From the IMG/VR virus record IMGVR_UViG_2061766007_000189: a stretch of DNA of 43,716 nucleotides; one strand, 5' to 3'. Shown here one piece after another: positions 1 to 8,775 of this stretch. Source of the DNA: an uncultured virus (IMG/VR IMGVR_UViG_2061766007_000189) (lineage: Duplodnaviria; Heunggongvirae; Uroviricota; Caudoviricetes). Position numbers and translations under genes: made by a program. The notes beneath the pieces were generated by a model. It was not told the DNA's origin and ran no database searches. It saw only the letters and a list, made by a program, of their open reading frames with translations. Within the stretch, counting starts at the first letter, position 1. Each line of letters begins with the position of its first letter.

Positions 1-117
1 ACTCCACCTCTCTTCCATTCTCGCACCGCACTCAAAACAATAGTTACAAGTCCCTGTACAGTTAGCATAANNNNNNNNNNGATAACTGCTCCCATAATAA
101 GCCCTAATGTAAATGCT

Positions 118-405
118 TTAATCATTTTCGACACTCCAATCTAACGCTTGACCGCAATCGCCGCAGTATTCAAAAGTTTCTGCTGTCATGAAATTTGCTG
201 CGTAAATGTGCCGGCTGCCGCAGTTAGGACAAGACCCACGCTCTGACTTTTTCGGTATCTGCTTATCTATAGCTCCAACCGCCAAGTTCAATGCTGCAAA
301 TTTTGACTCTAACCGCTTTTTATGTGTTTCGTTTGAAACTCTGTGTTCAATGGTTACAGCCAACAACTCACCCTCAAGATATTTCCTTGCTTCTTCAATC
401 GTCAT
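118..405 (-). CDS. Small zinc-ribbon phage protein
   Basis: KQIPKK...CPNCG...YCGDCGQALDW pattern; GGAG RBS upstream. Confidence 0.8.
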   Translation of the reverse strand: MTIEEARKYLEGELLAVTIEHRVSNETHKKRLESKFAALNLAVGAIDKQIPKKSERGSCPNCGSRHIYAANFMTAETFEYCGDCGQALDWSVEND

Positions 406-446
406 TTTCTCACTCTCCTTTCAGCAATTTGTTTCTTAATCAACCA

Positions 447-959
447 TTACCACCTCTCTTCCATTTTCGCACCGCACTCAAAACAATAGTTACAAGTCCC
501 TGTACAGTTAGCATAACCACACTCGGAGCATACGGCATAAGGGCTGTTAAAACGGCCTTTTTTAATTATCCATTTTCCTGTTTTTTCGATTCGTTTGTTC
601 CAAGCAGCTATTGCGTCTTGTTTAGTGAAATGTCTATAACCGCAGTTTGCTCCACATCCAGCGTTATCACCAGATGTATTGCAAATCACTGTGTACTGCT
701 TAATGTCTGTATCATCAAGCCGCTGACTTACCTCGTTAATACTCAATGTATCACTCCGTCCGCAGAACGGGCAAGGTTTTAATTCGATTTTGTTCATTTT
801 TTTAGTCATCATTTCGTAAAATTTACTTTTCGCCGCTATCACATCTTCCTGTTCAAGATTATCGTCAAAACGTATAACCTTTACAAGCTCGCCTTTGCAA
901 ACATCCGTACAGCATTTACCATTGTAGTTTGCTACACAGTCGATTTTTTTGCATTGCAT
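447..959 (-). CDS. Lar-like (restriction alleviation family) protein with extra Cys-rich N-terminus and C-terminal zinc ribbon
   Basis: LKPCPFCG...AIAAWNKR Lar-type domain, then CSECG...NYCFECGAKM; AGGAG RBS. Confidence 0.75.
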   Translation of the reverse strand: MQCKKIDCVANYNGKCCTDVCKGELVKVIRFDDNLEQEDVIAAKSKFYEMMTKKMNKIELKPCPFCGRSDTLSINEVSQRLDDTDIKQYTVICNTSGDNAGCGANCGYRHFTKQDAIAAWNKRIEKTGKWIIKKGRFNSPYAVCSECGYANCTGTCNYCFECGAKMEERW

Positions 960-1044
960 TTTCTCAACTCCTTTAATTTCTTTGTTTTCAAATTTGTCCT
1001 CAATCTGCTTTCCATTATCACATTATCAACACGCTTACTTTTGA

Positions 1045-1272
1045 TTAAACGCTATTCAGCGATTCGGGATTGTACATTGCCCTCATATCCTCAATAAATT
1101 TGTCAATAAAGCCGCAATGGTCACAATCCAGTTTTGCATAATCTGGTCTATCACAACACCACTTCGGGCAATCAGATTTCTTTTCGCCTTGAAACACACA
1201 ATTTGTGTTATCGCAATCAACACAGAGTGTGTTACGAGAGCAGTTGTTCATTGCTATGTTCATTGCTATCAA
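1045..1272 (-). CDS. Cys-rich hypothetical protein
   Basis: 75 aa with several CxxC pairs; 4-nt overlap with the YopX stop. Confidence 0.65.
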   Translation of the reverse strand: MIAMNIAMNNCSRNTLCVDCDNTNCVFQGEKKSDCPKWCCDRPDYAKLDCDHCGFIDKFIEDMRAMYNPESLNSV

Positions 1273-1667
1273 TCTCCTTTCAGCAGTTCGGGGTTTTCGT
1301 GAATGTTGCCGATAACTTCGTAACTTTCTGACTCAAATCCATTAAATGTTTCTTCATAGTCATAAAACACACCGTCATCGTAAATTTTAAGAATAAATGC
1401 TGCTTTGTTTTCATTGAACGCCACGACAATCCGCTCGGCAAAAGTTAAATATTTGAGTATATCCCCCTCAAAAATCTTCGTGCCGTTCTTGTCGGTTAAG
1501 TTGGTGTATTCTCCGACCGTTTCGAGAATCACTTCTTTACCTTCAAGACTTCCGTCCATTGGGTGTTGATAAAACATTGTACACATTCCGTTATCATGAG
1601 GGAATGCAACGCCCTCAATCCACTCGCCGTTATCAACACGCTTACCTCTAAACAAAATCTCTCTCAT
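1269..1667 (-). CDS. YopX family protein
   Basis: MREILFRGKRVDNGEW...DKNGTKIFEGDI...EVIGNIHENPELL signature; GGAGGT RBS. Confidence 0.92.
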   Translation of the reverse strand: MREILFRGKRVDNGEWIEGVAFPHDNGMCTMFYQHPMDGSLEGKEVILETVGEYTNLTDKNGTKIFEGDILKYLTFAERIVVAFNENKAAFILKIYDDGVFYDYEETFNGFESESYEVIGNIHENPELLKGD

Positions 1668-1768
1668 TTGTTTACCTCCATTTTCCTGACTTTAGGAAGA
1701 TTGTTTACTTCTGTTTGATATCAGCTAATATTTCAATCACTTGCTCTGTTGCCATGTTTGCTCTCCTT

Positions 1769-2371
1769 TCAGTAGTTCAGGATTGTCAAAATGTTGCCGC
1801 CCTCATTTTTATCATCCTTTTTGATTTGGCGATATATATGCCAGTACAACACATTGTCTGACACATTGCCTATCAAGGCAAGTACGCACAATACCTTGAA
1901 ATCGGGCATATATATAAATGCTGCGACCGTGCCGAGGATTGTAGAAACCGAAACGACTATATTACTGTTGTTATCGTATTGCTCTCTATCTCTCTCGGTT
2001 GGATTGACCATCGCCCTCATTTTAGTTCCTCCGCAAGCCATGTTACGAGTGACAAGTGCGTAAATCATCGCATTAAGCAAAAAGTAAAACTTTAAGTCAT
2101 TGCGAATCATTACATCTGCAAACAAAATAACATCAAGCAGTGTTTCGGCAACGATGATTTTGGCGTAGTGATTAAACAGCCTGTCACTATATTTATTCCA
2201 CAGCCAACAAAAGACTATTGTCCCGATACAGCTTAAAAGCTGTTCAATGCTGATATAATGCGTAGGGACAATTTTACAGGTCTGAGCGTAAATATAAGGA
2301 TATGACATGGAATAGAACAGCACGCTCACAAAGTTGGCAATCAACATTAATTTTGACAGTCTTTTTGACAT
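1769..2371 (-). CDS. Multi-pass membrane protein (about 6 TM; half-MFS-like)
   Basis: About six hydrophobic segments in 200 aa; AAGGAG RBS; MFS resemblance is by eye only. Confidence 0.75.
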   Translation of the reverse strand: MSKRLSKLMLIANFVSVLFYSMSYPYIYAQTCKIVPTHYISIEQLLSCIGTIVFCWLWNKYSDRLFNHYAKIIVAETLLDVILFADVMIRNDLKFYFLLNAMIYALVTRNMACGGTKMRAMVNPTERDREQYDNNSNIVVSVSTILGTVAAFIYMPDFKVLCVLALIGNVSDNVLYWHIYRQIKKDDKNEGGNILTILNY

Positions 2372-2397
2372 TTTAACGCTCCTTTATGCCGTAGCTT

Positions 2398-2688
2398 TCA
2401 ATCAGTCTTTTCTCTGCATTTTCGCCCGCACCCACGGCAGTATTTAAAACGGTTTAATGACGGCGTACCACACTCTGAACACTTAAAACAGCCGCAGTCG
2501 GGACATTTTACCCATTGCCCTGTTTCCGGTTGAACACTCGGTAAATTTCCGATAATGCTTAAAATGCGTGTTGTTTCGTTCATTATGTGATAATGATGTT
2601 GTGGGTTTTGTATGTTTTCATCAACCCATACACGTTCATTCCTGATTGCTTGTATTACTTCCTGTCTGCTAATTAAATCATCACTCAT
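2398..2688 (-). CDS. Zinc-ribbon phage protein (MSDDLISRQ type)
   Basis: Start re-called at 2688 after a GGAGG RBS; LISRQ...LPSVQPE.GQW...CSECG...KYCRGCG. Confidence 0.75.
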   Translation of the reverse strand: MSDDLISRQEVIQAIRNERVWVDENIQNPQHHYHIMNETTRILSIIGNLPSVQPETGQWVKCPDCGCFKCSECGTPSLNRFKYCRGCGRKCREKTD

Positions 2689-3074
2689 TTTCGGTTTCCT
2701 CCCATTCAAACACCTTATCAAACAACCACTTAATCACATTCAGCATTTTGTCTTTCGTGATACTGTTGTGAGTAGGCATTTTAAGTACTTCGTAAATTGC
2801 TTCGCCCTTTTCCAACTCTGNNNNNNNNNNACCTCTTTCACTCACTTGTTCCACCCTCTCTTCCATCTTTGCACCGCAGTTGGGGCAAAACATTTGTAAA
2901 CAACCATTCCATATGTCTGATGCACAGCCGTTATGTCCACAANNNNNNNNNNGCCTCTTTCACTCACTTGCTCCGCCCTCTCTTCCATTTTTGCCCCGCA
3001 GTTGGGGCAAAACGTTTGTAAACAACCATTCCATATGTCTGATGCACAGCCGTTATGTCCACAANNNNNNNNNN

Positions 3075-3176
3075 TTGCTTAATATCTGTATCATCAAGCT
3101 GCTGACTTACTTCGTGAATAATCAATGTATCAGTCCGTCCGCAGAACGGACAGGGTTTTAATTCAATGCTGCTCAT
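3075..3176 (-). CDS. Lar-like protein, second allele (5' fragment)
   Basis: MSSIELKPCPFCGRTDTL..., near-identical to 699-790; truncated by N. Confidence 0.65.
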
Positions 3177-3485
3177 TCCGTTCCTCCTTCCATTTTCGCA
3201 CCGCACCCACGGCAGTATTTAAAACGGTTTAATGACGGCGTACCACACTCNNNNNNNNNNTAAAATCGGAGCTGTCAATGTTCTCAAAAATTGCACACGC
3301 TTTACTTGTTTTCATTCTTCAAATCCTCCAACGCTTCCTCGGCTTCTTCTCTTGTTAAAAATACCTTTATCCCAATTTCAAACCAGTAGAAATTTTTGGT
3401 TTCACAATTAATCAGCTCAATCTGATCGCTCACCGTGAAGCCCTTAACCGTTCGGCTGCAGATCTTGCCGTCTTTNNNNNNNNNN

Positions 3486-3664
3486 CACTCATTACTTTTT
3501 CGTTCCTTTCTGTTCAAAACAAACTTTTCAAATTCCAACCGCTCATAATCCGACAGCGGACACCACCTCGGGATATTTTTATATTTCTTGTAGCGTTCGT
3601 AAAGCTCCCGATACTTTGGGTTGGTGATGTCCACTTGATAACCGTACTTGTTATTCAATATCAC
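3486..3664 (-). CDS. Hypothetical phage protein (fragment)
   Basis: Open frame NKYGYQVDITNP...LYERYKK...PLSDYERLEFE between N spacers. Confidence 0.55.
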
Positions 3665-3783
3665 ANNNNNNNNNNTCCGATTTTTAAACAAATCACACGT
3701 TCATTGTCATAGTTAAAACCGTGATCTTCATATTCAAGCTTAGTTGTTTGAACAATCTTGAAACAATCGGTATNNNNNNNNNN

Positions 3784-3886
3784 TATCGTCGGTTTTAAAA
3801 TTCTCAAAAGTACATTTTCCCAAAGCTTCTTTAAGCCCGCTTCTCTCAATACGCTTTAGGCTTCTTCTTGCCACCATGCACTCGCA
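3784..3886 (-). CDS. DnaC-like loader, second allele (fragment)
   Basis: CECMVARRSLKRIERSGLKEALGKCTFENF matches 4960-5763. Confidence 0.75.
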
Positions 3887-3896
3887 NNNNNNNNNN

Positions 3897-4037
3897 ACAA
3901 TATTTGCACATTCCATCATCAACCGATTCGTAAAACATACAATTCAAGTTACAACCTAAACAATTTGATGTAAAATCGTCATCGCAACCCATTTCGCAAC
4001 TAGGAACACTGTATTTTATTTTTACATCGTGTTTCAT
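3897..4037 (-). CDS. Cys-rich hypothetical protein (5' fragment)
   Basis: AAGGAG RBS, ATG, open frame up to N. Confidence 0.5.
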
Positions 4038-4038
4038 A

Positions 4039-4133
4039 TCACAACTCCTTAAAAATAATCAAATCTCCACAGTATCTGTCACTGCAATATTTTTGTTTAA
4101 ACAGCTTGCGTTTAATAATATACTCGGGTGTTT
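4039..4133 (-). CDS. DUF1064 protein, 3' fragment
   Basis: Own translation KTPEYIIKRKLFKQKY...FKEL*, a typical DUF1064 C-terminus. Confidence 0.7.
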
Positions 4134-4144
4134 TNNNNNNNNNN

Positions 4145-4410
4145 ATCGTCTATGTATAGAACTTTTACATTCTTCCATATTTTTAAAATTTCCGGATACT
4201 CTTCCGTGTTCGCCTTGGACTTGATTTTAGGGACTTCATCTCTCCATTGAAAATACCTTGTGTTCATATTTTCGCCGACTAAGAACTTGCGAACAATTGC
4301 TGTGCAGATATGCGTTTTACCGCAGCCAACTTGTCCACCGATAAAAAACCACTTGTTTTTAAAATCCTTTGTAAAATTCCAAGCTTTTGTTTTCATTTCT
4401 TTTTGGAATT
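4145..4410 (-). CDS. DnaC-like loader, second allele (central fragment)
   Basis: Walker A GQVGCGKTH and Walker B VLYIDD, parallel to 4960-5763. Confidence 0.8.
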
Positions 4411-4420
4411 NNNNNNNNNN

Positions 4421-4588
4421 TGTATATTTCATTGACGGTATCAATTCAAACTTAACTTGTTGACGTAAGTTTTTAATCTTGCCTGACTTTTCCAACATTG
4501 TTAATTCATTACATCTATCAGCCTCTTTTTTGCTGTCGTGAATGTGCCCTGCTGTACATTTCGCCTTTTTAGAATGATATTTCATCAT
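4421..4588 (-). CDS. DUF1064 family (restriction-endonuclease-like fold) protein, 5' fragment
   Basis: KYHSKK...DSKKEA.R..EL...G.I.NL..QVKFELIP. Confidence 0.8.
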
Positions 4589-4850
4589 CTTTAAAAACCC
4601 TTTTCTTCACAAGATACACCGCGTCTGAGCCCAGGAGCCAATTCGGCACTACTTTAATGTCAACGCCGTTATAACGCTGTATTTCTTCTGCTGACGTAAC
4701 ATAAATTTCATTACATTCTTCCTTTAATTTGTTGTACAATTTTTCACTTATAACCATGTCCCATTCGTCAGCGTGAAAATATCCGTACTCACATTGCATT
4801 TGTGCTGTTGCTATAGCTTCATTAAGACGTGACATAATATCATTAGCCAT
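4569..4850 (-). CDS. Hypothetical protein
   Basis: 93-aa ORF, GAGGG RBS, overlaps the next gene. Confidence 0.7.
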   Translation of the reverse strand: MANDIMSRLNEAIATAQMQCEYGYFHADEWDMVISEKLYNKLKEECNEIYVTSAEEIQRYNGVDIKVVPNWLLGSDAVYLVKKRVFKDDEISF

Positions 4851-4879
4851 AAAATAGCCCTCTCTTTCGTTCTGTGGCT

Positions 4880-4955
4880 CTCTCAGCCGTTTTAAACGCT
4901 TATTTGATAAATTATACCCCTAAAGGAAACACCCCCCTTAAAACGGCTCTGAGAG
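4880..4955. repeat. Long inverted repeat downstream of the DnaC-like gene
   Basis: ctctcAGCCGTTTTAA (4880-4895) / TTAAAACGGCTctgagag (4938-4955). Confidence 0.75.
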
Positions 4956-4959
4956 TGAT

Positions 4960-5763
4960 TTAAAACATATTCTTTAATCTGTAGTTCTTCTTGATGTCTT
5001 TACCGATACTAATACAGTAGTTCCCTGATTTCTCAAAAATCCTGCTGCCGACCGCTTCATCAATCCCGACAATCTCTTGAATCGTTCTCTCGGACGAGAT
5101 AATTGTTATCAATTCCGAATTTCTGTAACGATAATTCAAAATCTCAAAGGCAATATTCACATCTGCCGTTGTCGGATTCTTGCCTTGCTCCGTCTTGAAT
5201 AAATCATCGATATACAAAACCTCAACGATTTTCCAAGGCTCAATCAATTTATCGTATTCGTCACTGTTCGCCTTTGCTTTGATTTTGGGTATTTCATCTC
5301 GCCATTGTAAGTACCTTGTATTCCTGCCTTCACCGACTAAAAGCTTTCTTACAATTGCTGTGCAAATATGTGTTTTACCGCAGCCGACCTGACCGCCGAT
5401 AAAAAACCAACTTTCTTTACAGTGCTTAATAAAATTTGCCGCCTTGATTTTCATCTCTTTCTGAAAATCGTTCTCTGCCGTGAAACTCTCAAAGGTACAT
5501 TTTTTCAATGCGTCTTTGAGCCCGCTCTGTTCAATCCGCCTTAAGCTTCGCCTTGCTTCCATACACTCACAGTCCCTGAAAACCTCGTAACCGTCTTGAA
5601 GATAATAAATAACGCCCTTGTTCTTACACTTCGGGCAGTCATATCCTGTCAGACTGCCCTCTGCGTTATTCATCACCTCAATCGGGTCGTACGGATTACA
5701 AGTTCGTTCCGAGGTTGGCAAGGTATTCAAGATCCTCTTGACTGATGCTGCCATAGCTTCCAA
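4960..5763 (-). CDS. DnaC/IstB-like helicase loader ATPase
   Basis: CPKC...CEC zinc motif, GQVGCGKTH, VLYIDDL, ILNYRY, TIISS. Confidence 0.93.
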   Translation of the reverse strand: MEAMAASVKRILNTLPTSERTCNPYDPIEVMNNAEGSLTGYDCPKCKNKGVIYYLQDGYEVFRDCECMEARRSLRRIEQSGLKDALKKCTFESFTAENDFQKEMKIKAANFIKHCKESWFFIGGQVGCGKTHICTAIVRKLLVGEGRNTRYLQWRDEIPKIKAKANSDEYDKLIEPWKIVEVLYIDDLFKTEQGKNPTTADVNIAFEILNYRYRNSELITIISSERTIQEIVGIDEAVGSRIFEKSGNYCISIGKDIKKNYRLKNMF

Positions 5764-6580
5764 TTTCTCGCCCTTCCTTTCTGTTGTCGTACAAACCGCT
5801 TAGAATTTTTTTGACGTTATCAAGCTTCATGATCCAATCAAAGTTAGCTTTCTTTTCTCCTGCCGTGTACCATTTTCCGTTCCTGCCTGTAAGAAAATCG
5901 GATTTTTCTACACGCTTGAAGAAGCTTTCGTAATCAAAGCTATTTCCGTACTGCTGTTGTATTAAATACACTTTACGAATTCTTTCATCGGTCATGGATT
6001 GGACAGGAGTTAGGGTTAGACAAATTGCGTTGAATAGATTTGCAATTTCGAGAAATTTGTCTTTGTTGTTGAACACAGTTCTATCTCTGACATCTAACTC
6101 TTCTCTATTCTCTAAATCTTTATCTTTCTCTAACTCTAACTCTGTGTTACAGCTTGTTTCAAGAACGTTACATTCCGTTACCTTGCTGTTGCTTTGTAAC
6201 AGCTTTTCGTTACATTGTAACGCTTTACGGTGTTTCCTTACCCTTTCGGCTGAATCACATTCTTTCCCGATGTTATCAGGAACTGCCGTAAGAGTAAATT
6301 CATCTGTAGACTTTTGCTCAATCAGTCCGTAACGCTCCAAAAATCCGATAGTTACTCTTACATTTTCTTCGTCCTCGTCAAGAGTCAATGCCATTTCGCT
6401 TGCAAAGTCTTCTTCTATGCCCTCATAATAAATTACGCCCTCGTCTTTAAGGCTTAATAACTGCATTTTTAAATAAATGATAACATATGTATCGCCGCCT
6501 GCGACCTTTCGCATTTTCTTAATTGCCTTGTCATTGAAAAACGTTGTTTTTAGCTTCAACCAGTAGTATTTTTTCGCCAA
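5696..6580 (-). CDS. Phage replisome organiser (replication initiator)
   Basis: YYWLKLK..FF....IKKMR...GGD.Y..IYLKMQL.SL N-terminal domain; DFLTGRN...ANFDWIM C-terminal domain; TTG start after AAGGAG. Confidence 0.93.
   Translation of the reverse strand: MAKKYYWLKLKTTFFNDKAIKKMRKVAGGDTYVIIYLKMQLLSLKDEGVIYYEGIEEDFASEMALTLDEDEENVRVTIGFLERYGLIEQKSTDEFTLTAVPDNIGKECDSAERVRKHRKALQCNEKLLQSNSKVTECNVLETSCNTELELEKDKDLENREELDVRDRTVFNNKDKFLEIANLFNAICLTLTPVQSMTDERIRKVYLIQQQYGNSFDYESFFKRVEKSDFLTGRNGKWYTAGEKKANFDWIMKLDNVKKILSGLYDNRKEGREIGSYGSISQEDLEYLANLGTNL
6100..6222. promoter_or_regulatory. Putative replication origin (iterons inside the initiator gene)
   Basis: Six GTTAC/GTAAC copies at 6146-6221, palindrome CGTTACATTGTAACG at 6208-6222, adjacent strand-biased pyrimidine tract. 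Confidence 0.6.
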
Positions 6581-6738
6581 TTTATCATCTCCTTACTAAA
6601 CCGCCAAAAGCAGTGATAATTTGCATGCTTTTATGCAACAAAAACTATTTTTCNNNNNNNNNNGCCAACACAATAAATGGGCAAGGATAACTATGCTCTG
6701 CTACCAGTTCATAAAGCCCCCAAGTTTCNNNNNNNNNN

Positions 6739-6907
6739 TTTTCTCAACCGAATATTCTGTCAAATCCGAGGATACCAACACAATAAATGGGCAAGGATAA
6801 CTATGCTCTGCTACCAGTTCGTAAAGACCCCATGTTTCAAAATCATACCCTTTTTTAACGTGTGGTATTGCACCACAAAAAGGGCAAGGTTTTAATTCAA
6901 TTTCCAT
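6739..6907 (-). CDS. Lar-like protein (fragment, allele)
   Basis: MEIELKPCPFCGA...; near-identical to 7555-7739. Confidence 0.7.
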
Positions 6908-6983
6908 TGTCGTTTTCCTTTCCTATATGACCGTGCATATAAATAAATTGACTTTTATTTCCTGCGTTTCTTACAATAAAATC
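6897..6983 (-). CDS. MBL-fold hydrolase, 3' fragment (allele)
   Basis: Own translation DFIVRNAGNKSQFIYMHGHIGKENDNGN*, matching 11134-11200. Confidence 0.65.
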   Translation of the reverse strand, partial: DFIVRNAGNKSQFIYMHGHIGKENDNGN

Positions 6984-6993
6984 NNNNNNNNNN

Positions 6994-7320
6994 ATTGCCT
7001 TTTGTTTTATGAATGTAATAGACATATTCAACATAATCAACAACTCTTTCGAGTTCTTTACCGTCCAAACTGTTAATTGCTTTAACTGTAATATTAGGCA
7101 GTATAGTTAATTTTTCCTCCGGCAGTCCAAGCAAATAATCAGCGCTTACATCAAAAAATGCTGCTATATCAATAATTGACAGAGTCGAGGGCAAAAACAT
7201 ATCTTTTTCCCATGACGCTAAACTTGTAACGGTTGTCCCTAACTTATCAGCCAGTGTATATCGAGAAAGCCCCTTGCTTTCCCTTAGCCTTTGTAATCTC
7301 TCTCCGAAACTGTCTTTCAT
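6994..7320 (-). CDS. XRE-family HTH regulator (3' end lost in N)
   Basis: FGERLQRLRESKGLS...LA...WE....P....IA.FFDVSADYLLG; GGAGG RBS. Confidence 0.88.
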
Positions 7321-7352
7321 TTACTCGCCCTCCTGTCAAAAAANNNNNNNNN

Positions 7353-7528
7353 NCTACCTCTGCCAACCTGTTTAAAAAGTTGTCATAGCCCTCTTGAAGT
7401 TCTATGCAGTCATCTTCTCCAAAAAACACCAGTGCGTTTCCTCCTTTGGTTTCTTGAACACACTGTATATTCTCAATATTCAACGCCCATCTGTTACCAT
7501 GTCCCATAGCCTCTATAAACTTACTCAT
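7353..7528 (-). CDS. Small hypothetical protein (FlbD-like pattern)
   Basis: MSKFIE...LNIENIQCVQE....LVFF....IELQEGY; family guess by eye. Confidence 0.55.
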
Positions 7529-7554
7529 TGTCGTTTTTCCTTCCTGTTTGAAAA

Positions 7555-7739
7555 TTATCTCGTATTCCAGCTTTCGACAATTTCCTCAACCGAATATTCT
7601 GTCAAATCCGAGGATACCAACGCAATGAACGGGCAAGGATAACTATGCTCTGCTACCAGTTCATAAAGCCCCCAAGTTTCAAAATCATCCCCTTTTTTAA
7701 CGTGTGGTATTGCACCACAAAAAGGGCAAGGTTTTAATT
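7555..7739 (-). CDS. Lar-like protein (3' part)
   Basis: LKPCPFCG...EEIVESWNTR*. Confidence 0.72.
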
Positions 7740-8511
7740 NNNNNNNNNNNNNNNNNNNNNNNNNNNNNNNNNNNNNNNNNNNNNNNNNNNNNNNNNNNNN
7801 NNNNNNNNNNNNNNNNNNNNNNNNNNNNNNNNNNNNNNNNNNNNNNNNNNNNNNNNNNNNNNNNNNNNNNNNNNNNNNNNNNNNNNNNNNNNNNNNNNNN
7901 NNNNNNNNNNNNNNNNNNNNNNNNNNNNNNNNNNNNNNNNNNNNNNNNNNNNNNNNNNNNNNNNNNNNNNNNNNNNNNNNNNNNNNNNNNNNNNNNNNNN
8001 NNNNNNNNNNNNNNNNNNNNNNNNNNNNNNNNNNNNNNNNNNNNNNNNNNNNNNNNNNNNNNNNNNNNNNNNNNNNNNNNNNNNNNNNNNNNNNNNNNNN
8101 NNNNNNNNNNNNNNNNNNNNNNNNNNNNNNNNNNNNNNNNNNNNNNNNNNNNNNNNNNNNNNNNNNNNNNNNNNNNNNNNNNNNNNNNNNNNNNNNNNNN
8201 NNNNNNNNNNNNNNNNNNNNNNNNNNNNNNNNNNNNNNNNNNNNNNNNNNNNNNNNNNNNNNNNNNNNNNNNNNNNNNNNNNNNNNNNNNNNNNNNNNNN
8301 NNNNNNNNNNNNNNNNNNNNNNNNNNNNNNNNNNNNNNNNNNNNNNNNNNNNNNNNNNNNNNNNNNNNNNNNNNNNNNNNNNNNNNNNNNNNNNNNNNNN
8401 NNNNNNNNNNNNNNNNNNNNNNNNNNNNNNNNNNNNNNNNNNNNNNNNNNNNNNNNNNNNNNNNNNNNNNNNNNNNNNNNNNNNNNNNNNNNNNNNNNNN
8501 NNNNNNNNNNN

Positions 8512-8773
8512 CGAATGGTACAAGGTAGTAATGTCCTAATTGTGGAGAATGAGCCAAATTAAGGCTCTCAGCCAAAAGCGAACCGCTTAAAATTGTCTTG
8601 GCTTCACAGGTCTGCAATTTCGGATTGGTTGCAACAGCCGACATAATAGCCGCTGTGTAGCGTTCTGCTTTCTTTGGATTACCCAAAGTCTGTTTGATAA
8701 GGTTCTGATATGTATCACTCTTAATGACCATTGAAAACTTAGGCTTCTGAGCCGCTAATGTGTTGTTTGCCAT
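8512..8773 (-). CDS. recT: RecT-family ssDNA annealing protein, 5' fragment (allele 1)
   Basis: AVATNPKLQTC...LNL.HSPQLGHYYLVPF; directly downstream of DUF1351. Confidence 0.88.
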
Positions 8774-8775
8774 GA

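Noticed and set aside
7555..8773. Long ORFs spanning 7740-8511 and 11464-11965
   Set aside because: They consist mostly of translated Ns
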